Assembly: GCA_963722765.1 (NCBI GenBank)
Contig: CAVROO010000025.1
Span: forward strand, 104,378 to 168,377
Reading direction: 5' to 3'
DNA from: an uncultured Acidobacteriota bacterium
Lineage (GTDB): Bacteria > Acidobacteriota > Vicinamibacteria > Marinacidobacterales > DATDRI01
DNA: 64,000 bases
Shown here: positions 29,977 through 37,369 of the stretch, in pieces
Numbering within the stretch: the first letter of the stretch is position 1
How the letters are laid out: each line of letters starts with the position of its first letter
Translations under genes and position numbers: made by a program
Notes under the pieces: generated by a model
Database searches by the model: none
Seen by the model: the letters and a program-made list of their open reading frames with translations, nothing else
What the model was told of the DNA's origin: nothing

Positions 29977-30430
29977 GGGATGCTCCTTGTGAGGCGGCTT
30001 GCCCCAGCCAATGTCGCATGGTCGATTTCATTCTCACCAGTCGAGGGTAGAGATTGCTCATACGCAGGCCGAGCCAACGGGAAAAACCAGTGTCTGTGAG
30101 AATCGGGACCGGTCCTTCGACTCGAACCACCCTGCCCAATATTTGGTCTGGTCTCCGTGGGCCGTCGAAAGTGGCGCACGAATCCCCTTTTGCGAGGATG
30201 GTTTCGGCGGATTGGGAAAGGACGCGGTGCGTGGTGAGTTTACCGTCATCCCCGCGGAAGAGCGCGATCTCTCCGACGCGCAGCGGTTCATCGACGGGAG
30301 CGACGTGCAAGAAACGCCCGCTTACCAAAAGCGGTTTCATGCTCCAGCCGGCGACCTGAATACGCACGGTTTTCCCGGAATTCAGTAACGCGGCCACGAG
30401 CTCGGACTTATCGCTATTGTTTAACACCAT
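29969..30430 (-). CDS. S26B (SipW/Sec11-like) signal-peptidase-family protein
   Basis: RIQVAGWSMKPLL (GxSMxP Ser motif), LTTHRVL (His motif), ILAKGDSCATFDGP (KGDxxxxxD). I place the start at ATG 30430 because a consensus sigma-54 promoter lies inside the longer TTG-initiated ORF (to 30505). Confidence 0.65.
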   Translation of the reverse strand: MVLNNSDKSELVAALLNSGKTVRIQVAGWSMKPLLVSGRFLHVAPVDEPLRVGEIALFRGDDGKLTTHRVLSQSAETILAKGDSCATFDGPRRPDQILGRVVRVEGPVPILTDTGFSRWLGLRMSNLYPRLVRMKSTMRHWLGQAASQGASRV

Positions 30431-30461
30431 TATAGAGATCCGCAGGGACAATTCCCCACTC

Positions 30462-30477
30462 TGCAAACGGCGTGCCA
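30462..30477 (-). promoter_or_regulatory. sigma-54 promoter P1 (perfect -24/-12 consensus)
   Basis: Minus strand reads TGGCACGCCGTTTGCA = TGGCACG-N4-TTGCA. GC element ~33 nt upstream of ATG 30430. Confidence 0.8.
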
Positions 30478-30498
30478 GGCGCCGAAGATCGGGGCGTC

Positions 30499-30511
30499 TA
30501 AACAATTGATA
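30499..30511 (-). promoter_or_regulatory. IHF-like site upstream of P1
   Basis: Minus strand TATCAATTGTTTA fits WATCAANNNNTTR, 22 nt upstream of the -24 element. Confidence 0.5.
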
Positions 30512-30640
30512 AATAAGGTCTTATATTCCAATGAGGGAATTCGGCAATAGGTTTGGCCCTACGTATGGGTGGAAACCCACGCGGGATGGAGCCCTAGTAT
30601 CAAATAAAAAGCCTGTCACAGGATAGCCAGACGTTGGTTG

Positions 30641-30677
30641 AAATGCCAACTTGTAAATCTTTGTATAATTGGCATTT
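30641..30677. promoter_or_regulatory. 9-bp perfect inverted repeat, candidate upstream activator site for P1
   Basis: AAATGCCAA-N19-TTGGCATTT, 165-200 nt upstream of P1. Half-sites resemble the GTGCCA-N5-TGGCAC palindrome at 50371..50387. Confidence 0.4.
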
Positions 30678-30934
30678 ATGGGTGCGATTCGTTGAAGGCG
30701 ATAGCGGCGATGGGGAGTGGCCCTGGGGGGATTTCCCAATATTCCGTCGGGAATCCCCCTCGTCTGTCGAATCTAGTGTCCTGTATCAGTAGATCGTGGC
30801 CTAAAGCTCGAGGTCATTTTGTGTCCTGGCAAGGCGTGCCGACGAAGACATATCCCGATATTTCGAGGAGGCACAACGAAGCTGGGCGCGCAAAAGGGGC
30901 CGAGATTTAGGTGACGAATTACTGACACAGGGCA

Positions 30935-31999
30935 CTAGGGCTGGGTTTGTACCACTACGAAATACGAATAGCCCGACGGCGGGCCTTCGAAGCCCAAGGT
31001 ACTGATTGCAGTGACCCTCCAGAAGTACGTGCCCGGCGGGAGATCCAGGACTCTAACCGTCGGCTCGCCGCGGACCTCGCGCTCCACGACGAGATCGAAA
31101 AAGCTCTCATCCCGAGCGATCTCTAAGCGATAACCCTGCATGTCCCCGACGGCGCTCCATTCGAAATTCTGATCGAAGGGCTCACCCCGAAAGACCTGTT
31201 CGGGCTGCGGAGCGACTAGGTTCGCGGGGGCGGATGGAAGTGATTGCGGTTCTCCGAGCGGCTCCCCGGCCCGGGAAAGCAGACCTGAGCTCGCGGGGAC
31301 CGAAATTGATTCTGTTCCTGCGTTGAGCTCTACGTTGCCGTCAAGCACTTCGAGACGGCTGACGTCTCCTGATTCCACTTTAAGCCGAAAGTCCGTTCCA
31401 CGAATAATGGTGCTGGCGGTGGGGGTCTTGACTTCGAACCGTCCACCGGTCTTTTTTTTGATACTCGACCAGATCGTCCCCTCCAAGAGCTCGAGCTGCA
31501 CCCGAACCCCGGAATCTTTGGCATCCAGTGTGGTGAGCCGAGCTCGGCCGTTGCTTCGGATCAGAACGAAACTTTTGTCTTCGAACAAGATACGGCCGCC
31601 GGATCTCCGCCAGGTCCGGATCACATCTCCTTCACGGAGAAGAAGGTTCTTGACCACGGGGATGAAGCGATGATCGAAGGATCTCCGTATTTCGGTTTCG
31701 CCGTAGAATCCCGCGATTTTGGCGAGAAACTCGTCGCTCGCAAACATGTCTCGGGTCAGCTCTAGGTGTAATCCCGAGCGCAGCAAATTGAATCGGGAAA
31801 TGTCTTCCCACTGACCCGTGATTTCCGTGTAGGTCTGAAAAACATTCTCGGGACTGGAATCAGAGTCCGTCAGAATGAGCACATACGACTCGGGAGCGGC
31901 TGAGCGATCGTTACGGGTACCCTGGGCCGAGACTCCGCTCGATAACAAGAGGCCCATTAGCGTAACCCAAACCGGACTGTGTCGCGTCAACACCGGCAA
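30935..31999 (-). CDS. secreted FecR-domain protein with C-terminal Fn3/Ig-like module
   Basis: Signal peptide (..LLLSSGVSAQG). FecR core GGRFEVKTPTASTIIRGTDFRLKVESGDVSRLEVLDGNVELN. C-terminal FEWSAVGDMQGYRLEIARDESF..PPGTYFWRVTAIS. Start TTG 31999 or GTG 31993 after AAGGAGG. Confidence 0.75.
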   Translation of the reverse strand: MPVLTRHSPVWVTLMGLLLSSGVSAQGTRNDRSAAPESYVLILTDSDSSPENVFQTYTEITGQWEDISRFNLLRSGLHLELTRDMFASDEFLAKIAGFYGETEIRRSFDHRFIPVVKNLLLREGDVIRTWRRSGGRILFEDKSFVLIRSNGRARLTTLDAKDSGVRVQLELLEGTIWSSIKKKTGGRFEVKTPTASTIIRGTDFRLKVESGDVSRLEVLDGNVELNAGTESISVPASSGLLSRAGEPLGEPQSLPSAPANLVAPQPEQVFRGEPFDQNFEWSAVGDMQGYRLEIARDESFFDLVVEREVRGEPTVRVLDLPPGTYFWRVTAISTLGFEGPPSGYSYFVVVQTQP

Positions 32000-32147
32000 A
32001 CCTCCTTAGTTAAAGCAAGGTAATAATGGCTGAACCTGGGGCTACCGCTGGAGCTGTGAGGATCAACTGGACCATTCGCATTAACCACAAGCGCAGTAGC
32101 AGGAGCACGAGCGTGAACATTCGCCCCAGGCTTCTAGTGTTGGATGG

Positions 32148-32163
32148 AGCAAATCCTTTGCCA
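32148..32163 (-). promoter_or_regulatory. sigma-54 promoter P2 (upstream of FecR-like gene)
   Basis: Minus strand TGGCAAAGGATTTGCT. GG-N10-GC spacing correct, TTGCT -12 element. ~140-150 nt upstream of the start codon. Confidence 0.6.
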
Positions 32164-32424
32164 CTTCTCAAAAAAAAAGCTATTTACTTGGAAGTCTTTA
32201 TTTCATAGGTGTTTGGATGTGACACTTCCAGGCACCGATGCGAGAAAAGCGATGGGATTCCCCCTCAGTTCGAGCACAATTCACCACGTGGAAAAATAGC
32301 CCCATGTGTTGTAAGTGTTTTATTATCTGTGTTTTATAAGGAGAAATGGTGCCGCTGGTTACGTCCGGGTGGCTCCGGTGTCCGGCGGTGTTTTGGTTAT
32401 TCTTTATAGCCTTAAGTCTTTTAT

Positions 32425-32437
32425 TATCAATAATTTA
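32425..32437 (+). promoter_or_regulatory. IHF-like site upstream of P3
   Basis: TATCAATAATTTA fits WATCAANNNNTTR, 25 nt upstream of the -24 element, in an AT-rich stretch. Confidence 0.5.
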
Positions 32438-32462
32438 AATTTCATATTGTTCTTCGCCGGCA

Positions 32463-32478
32463 TGGCATGAGGGTTGCT
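32463..32478 (+). promoter_or_regulatory. sigma-54 promoter P3 (upstream of 32525..33919)
   Basis: TGGCATGAGGGTTGCT. One mismatch to TGGCACG-N4-TTGCW, correct spacing. Predicted TSS ~36 nt before ATG 32525, which has a GAGGT Shine-Dalgarno. Confidence 0.7.
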
Positions 32479-32524
32479 TTAAATGCAAACAGACGACGGA
32501 TGTATTTCGCCATGAGGTTAACGT

Positions 32525-33919
32525 ATGTCTAGAAGACAAGATCGCAATCGCCGGGCGAGTGTTCTGATTCTGGTCGTAGTGGGTGTTATTGCGGCCATGG
32601 GCTACGGTATCGCTCAAAGCGCTGTGGTCACGCAAGCAGAGTGGGCTGTGTACATGGTACGGGCCCTCAACCTGGATTGGAACCTGCCTCCTAATCCGAA
32701 GAGCAATCACTATATCGAGCGGCTGAACTGGCGATCGGGAATCGAGTTCGCTGCGACTTCATTGGAGTCCGGCTCGAGTCCGACGGTTCGTGTTGACGCG
32801 CAGATCGACCAGGGCTTCATAGAGGCCCAGGGGCCGGCAGCCGAGGCGATGTATCGCGTCTCCACCATTCGTCCCGGTGAGTACGGCTTCCGACTGAAGC
32901 TGGCAAACGGCGGCGCCGTGGTCAAAGTGGGCAGCGCGGTCTTCGAAGCGTACCAGCCCGAGAATGATTTTCGCTGGGTGGATTTAGATCGAGTCAGTCT
33001 CGATCCCGGAGATCATACCTTGAGCCTCCTGCTCAATGAGGGGACGCGGACTCAAACGATTGGGGTGACACCGCCTTGTCTGATTTCTATTGAGCCGAAT
33101 ACCGGCTGGCAGCCGCTCGTTCCATTGACCTTCTCGGACTTGGCTGTGACGGTTGCGCAGGCACTCGACCTCGAGATAGGGCTCCCCGAGTTGGGACAGG
33201 AGACCACGATTAAAGGTGAGGAGTTCACCCGCCTCCTCGAGGTTCCGTTAGAGGAAACTGCCGAGGATGGAAGTCCCGATCCGTTCTGGCTCTCGAGCGG
33301 CAATATGTTGCTCACTGCCGAGACCCGATTCGAAATTTCGGAGCCCGGTCTCTACACCATCGAAGCACGGTATTTCAGTCCCAAGGAAATACGTTGGATC
33401 GTTGACGGTTGTTTGCGGGTTATTACTTGTCCTGTCAGCGCCCAAGGCGGAGTGAAGTGGACGTCGGTGGTTGCGATTCAACTCGAGGCCGGCTCACACG
33501 ATCTGACGATCACCATGCCGCCGAACGCCTCGCTGGACCGATTGAACATCAAGCAAAGAGACGGGTCCATTGAGGAGTATCTTGGTGTGGCGTCAGATGA
33601 AGGATTCAAGCTCGGGGACGCCGACGAGCCAGTGAGCCGTCGTCGCGCCATTGCGGCGGCCGTTCGTTTGAGAAGTCTTTTCGACCGATGGAAGACATCC
33701 CGATGCAACGATTCACTCATCGCACTCGATGAGTTGAGCGCTCTCATCATGGCGGCAGGAAGCGGGGATGGCGGTGGTCAAGAAGGACCTGGAGTAGTAA
33801 ATCAGGGTGCGATCCCAGGAGTGGTGGTTCGAACGCCGGTGGATGATTCAAGCAATCCCATTCTCCCGTCGCCGGGTGGCGATCCGGACGTGAGCAGCCC
33901 GACGCGGCCGGGACAATAA
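32525..33919 (+). CDS. secreted protein with two tandem [SLH-like helix + beta-sandwich] units and Pro/Gly-rich tail; function unknown
   Basis: 464-aa ORF. Signal anchor ASVLILVVVGVIAAMGYGIAQS. VTQAEWAVYMVRALNLD and LTFSDLAVTVAQALDLE resemble SLH-type helices, each followed by a beta-rich block (RVSTIRPGEYGFRLKL.. / FEISEPGLYTIEARYF..). Confidence 0.6.
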   Translation: MSRRQDRNRRASVLILVVVGVIAAMGYGIAQSAVVTQAEWAVYMVRALNLDWNLPPNPKSNHYIERLNWRSGIEFAATSLESGSSPTVRVDAQIDQGFIEAQGPAAEAMYRVSTIRPGEYGFRLKLANGGAVVKVGSAVFEAYQPENDFRWVDLDRVSLDPGDHTLSLLLNEGTRTQTIGVTPPCLISIEPNTGWQPLVPLTFSDLAVTVAQALDLEIGLPELGQETTIKGEEFTRLLEVPLEETAEDGSPDPFWLSSGNMLLTAETRFEISEPGLYTIEARYFSPKEIRWIVDGCLRVITCPVSAQGGVKWTSVVAIQLEAGSHDLTITMPPNASLDRLNIKQRDGSIEEYLGVASDEGFKLGDADEPVSRRRAIAAAVRLRSLFDRWKTSRCNDSLIALDELSALIMAAGSGDGGGQEGPGVVNQGAIPGVVVRTPVDDSSNPILPSPGGDPDVSSPTRPGQ

Positions 33920-33920
33920 G

Positions 33921-34019
33921 AAGAATACAGAATACAGAATAGAATACAGAATACAGAAGACAGAATTCAGAAGGGTACCGGAAGACGGCTCGATGACTCG
34001 CCGTCGTCTTCCGGATTTA
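33921..34019 (+). repeat. short tandem ACAGAAT array + hairpin + CCGGATTTA tail (family copy 3)
   Basis: aagaatacagaatacagaatagaatacagaatacagaagacagaattcagaaggg, hairpin ggaagacggc-tcgatgactc-gccgtcgtcttcc, ggattta. Starts 2 nt after the stop at 33919. Confidence 0.75.
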
Positions 34020-34221
34020 CTAGTCGCCCGCGGAATCCCTACAACTTTAAAACTGTAGGCCAGGCTGCGCCTGGCGGGAAATAGCTCTAACCAACTTTAA
34101 GAAAGCTTCCGGGCTCGAGCCCCTGCTCAAACCTTTGGCGATGACGAGCAGAAGTTGCCTGGTGTGCAATTGGCGGCGAGAGAATTGATGACCGAGGCTC
34201 GAAGAGCCGAGCTCCTCGACT

Positions 34222-34253
34222 GAGTTCTTGAGTTCTCGGGTTCTTGAGTTCTC
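34222..34253 (-). repeat. short tandem AGAACTC/AAGAACC array (family copy 4, sense with wzc)
   Basis: Plus strand gagttcttgagttctcgggttcttgagttctc. On the minus strand it begins ~12 nt after the Wzc stop. ~24 nt nearly identical to 62726..62759. Confidence 0.65.
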
Positions 34254-34265
34254 TAGTTTGGTCTT

Positions 34266-36354
34266 CTAGCTCGCGGCGGGTCTCGTGATGCGAGTCACCT
34301 TGGCTTCCGGGTCGTTCTTCTGCTGGTAGTAGCCGTAGTACCGGTGGTACGAGTCCTGCTTGGGATCGACACCGTTTAAAACGACACCGGCGAGTCGCGC
34401 CTCCGTTCGGAGAAGCGAGTTCAAACAGCGACGGGCCAGCTTACGGTTGACCATGTTGTAGCGAACGATGAGGAGCACCGTATCGACCAATTTGGACAGA
34501 AGGAGAGAGTCGGTCACCGAAGCGATAGGTGGTGTATCGACAATGATCCAGGTGTAGTGCTCACGGCACTCCTCGAGGAATTTTTTGACGGACGGGCTTC
34601 CGATGAGGGCCGGCGGATTGGGCGGTAGTTTCCCGGACGCCACGGCTTCGAGGTTGTCGAAGCGGGTTCGCTGAACAATGATGTCCAGCTTGAGCTCTCG
34701 ACCGCAATAGTCGGCCAGTCCCGGCTCACGATAGAGCCGCAATTCGCGGTGGACACAACCACGTCGGAGATCGAAATCGACCAATAAAGTAGGCTCGCCC
34801 GATTCAGCGAGAGCTTTCGCCATGTTAATGGCGGTGGTGGACTTACCTTCCTGAGGAATCGAACTAGTGACTAGGATGATGTTGCCTTGGTCACGTTGGC
34901 GATTGAAAAGGAGGCTGGTCCGAAGAGTCCGATAAGACTCGGTGATGATGCTGGCGTTGGACGCGTCGTGACGAGGCACCACTGCCAAGCAAGGTGCTCG
35001 GAGATGGGTCTCGATGTCCTCTTGCTCCTTGAGTGTGTTGTCTAAGTAGTCTCTTCCCAGCACCAATCCGCAGCCACAGGCCATCCCCAGAACGAGAGCG
35101 AGAATCATGTTCTTGGTAGGCTGGGGACTTACGGGAGACGTGGGAACGGTGGCCGCTTGTACGAAGGACACGTTGTTATTCCAGAGACTCGATGCGATGT
35201 CCGTTTCCTTGATCTTCTGGAGGATGGCTTCGTAGAGACTCTTGTTGGAAACCGCTTCGCCCCGCAGCATATCGAGTTGCACTGCCTTGCGGCTCTCCTC
35301 GATAGATTGTTGTTTTTGGTTGTTGACCGTTGCTCTCAGTTCTCTTTCTCGACGAAGCACCTGATTGTAGTCGGCCTCCAACCCTTCGACAATCTTCGCC
35401 GCCCGGGCAGCGATGGCGTCTTCGAACTGCTCAATTTGAGTCCGGCGCTTTTTTATCTCGGGGTGTCCCTCTTTGTACTTGTTCTTGAGCTGCATGAGCT
35501 CGACCTGGATGTCGGCCCTTTGCTTGGCGAGGTCTTTCACCAAAGAATCCCGACTAACTTGCGGAACGTTCTCCAAGGAGGCGCCCTTTTTTGTCAATGT
35601 GCGGATTCTGAGTCAACGTGGAGTCGAGCTCGATGCGGCGAGTTTTGGCGTCCGTGTAGGCTTCGTTCAATTTCTCGAGAGTACCCGTGGCAATGCTCCG
35701 GCTGCCTTCTGGGATGTAGATGTTTTCCCCCTCGCTGTACTCGTGGAGCTTTTCTTCCGATTGCCGAACCGCATCTTGCACGTCTCCCAGACGTTCTTGC
35801 AGCCAGCTGTAGATGTCACGCGTGGTTTGTACCTTGGCTTCGATGTTTTGATCCACGTAGACTTCGGCCAGTGTATTGGCCCAATGAGCGGCTCGCTTGG
35901 GATCCGTGTGGCTGACGCTGATTTGGGCGAGGCGGGTGTCGGGCACGGGTACGACCTCGACATGAGACACGAAGATGGCCGCCGGATCCTTTGCGCCTTT
36001 AAAAGGAGGTTCCTTGGTCAAGCTCAATTTTTCGATGACTTGCTTACCTAGAGCTTTGCTACGGATGATCCAATACTGACTTTTGTAGTAATTCTGGTAG
36101 TCGAACCAGTTGAACGCTGTGGCAGGATAAGGATTGGAGAGGGCGTTCAGGTTTTGCCCCGGCGGCTCGATCTGTACGACCGACCGAGCCTTATAGATGG
36201 GCGTCTGCATGGAAGTGGCAAGGTAACCCAGCGCGAGAGCAACCACCGTTACGGCAATGATGATGGTCTTGCCATTCCACAGAACGTTGAGCCCGTACCG
36301 GAGGTCAAATCCTTCTCCGAGGCCCGGCATCAGTTGGGTGGATTCTTCGTTCAC
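34266..36354 (-). CDS. wzc: polysaccharide co-polymerase / BY-kinase (Wzc-like), frame change ~35590 as assembled
   Basis: ORF 35554..36354 = Wzz-type N-domain with TM. ORF 34266..35597 = coiled coil, second TM, kinase domain with Walker A SSIPQEGKSTTA, LLVDFDLRR, Walker B IIVDTPP and C-terminal Tyr cluster YHRYYGYYQQ. Junction lies in an A/T homopolymer (cccttttttg). Confidence 0.85.
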
Positions 36355-36448
36355 GGTTCAAAAACTCCGTCCAATAATCTTTGCCGAGAGTCGGCCGAGG
36401 ACTTTCGTACCAAGCCGGATGCTCTCCGGTTGTCGAGCGCCCTTTTCA

Positions 36449-37360
36449 CTAAAAGATGCGTTTACCGACCTTCACCATGTCCCCTGCGACGAGGGGAACG
36501 TCGGGTTTTTTTCCGTTTTCGATGTCCGAAAGATCAACCCTGATCTTTTCGGGCTTACCGGCGCCGTTTTTCCTGAGGATCTCCACCTTGCCCTTGCTGC
36601 CGAATTTGCCCAGGCCTCCTGAGAGGGAGACCATTTTGAGAACGGTCAGCCCAGAGGTTAGGGGATAAGAGCCGGGATTTTTCACTTCCCCGGAGATAAA
36701 GACGAAGGCTTGAGTGGCGACGGTGACCAGATCGCCGCTGGCCAAGTGCATGGACAGAGTGGATTTCTGCTCCGTGGGAGACATATCGCGGGAGAGCCAT
36801 ACCCGGCGGGTCGAATCACCGTTCTCGAAAGCTCCGTCGAGGCGGCTGATGATGACCTCTCCGCTGGCGTGTGGCGTGAATCCGCCCGCTTCGGTAAGAA
36901 GTTCGAGAAGAGTCGTGGTTCCATCGAGATAGTATTTTCCGGGACGAACGGCTTCGCCGACGAGGTTCACCCATTGAGACTGAAACTCTTTGACTTTAAC
37001 CGTCACTTGGGGATTGACGAGGAAATCTTTTTCCAGAAGATCCACGAGCAGATTTTGAACTTCCTCGACGGTCAACCCGGAGACCGCGATTTCTCCGATC
37101 AGAGGAAACGAAAGCTCCCCGTCGTGCTGAATCGTGAAAAGCCGGGAGAGGTTGGGCTCGTCATAGACGGCCACGTCGAGGACGTCTCCCGCGCCGACGC
37201 GGTAGGCTTGCGGAGCGCCACCAATCTCTCGGTCTTCCTGGACCTCTTCTTGATTGGTGACGCCTTCAGCTTCCTGATACCGTTCGGCATTCGCCGTTCC
37301 GAGGCAAGCCACGCCCAGCACGATACCGACAATCCCCGATACAGTCCACTTACTCCTCAT
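36449..37360 (-). CDS. wza: polysaccharide export protein (Wza/Poly_export + SLBB)
   Basis: Signal peptide. YRVGAGDVLDVAVYDEPNLSRLFTIQHDGELSFPLIGEIAVSGLTVEEVQNLL (Poly_export motif). SLBB-like FVFISGEVKNPGSYPL. Confidence 0.85.
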   Translation of the reverse strand: MRSKWTVSGIVGIVLGVACLGTANAERYQEAEGVTNQEEVQEDREIGGAPQAYRVGAGDVLDVAVYDEPNLSRLFTIQHDGELSFPLIGEIAVSGLTVEEVQNLLVDLLEKDFLVNPQVTVKVKEFQSQWVNLVGEAVRPGKYYLDGTTTLLELLTEAGGFTPHASGEVIISRLDGAFENGDSTRRVWLSRDMSPTEQKSTLSMHLASGDLVTVATQAFVFISGEVKNPGSYPLTSGLTVLKMVSLSGGLGKFGSKGKVEILRKNGAGKPEKIRVDLSDIENGKKPDVPLVAGDMVKVGKRIF

Positions 37361-37369
37361 CTTCGTTCC

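Noticed and set aside
30651-30669. A sigma-70-type promoter (TTGTAA / TATAAT) inside the 30641..30677 inverted repeat.
   Set aside because: The -35/-10 spacing is wrong: 7 nt for TTGTAA, and 20 nt for the alternative TTGAAA. A plus-strand transcript from here would only run antisense into the FecR-like gene.
30521-30739. A 72-codon minus-strand ORF just upstream of the peptidase operon, as a possible precursor peptide or substrate gene.
   Set aside because: It lies upstream of promoter P1 rather than within the operon. It has no Shine-Dalgarno, a composition unlike the coding regions here, and it overlaps the inverted repeat that looks regulatory.
33921-33975. Tandem heptamer arrays as miniature CRISPR arrays.
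   Set aside because: The repeat unit is 7-8 nt with no spacers. The arrays are under 60 nt, and no cas genes are present.
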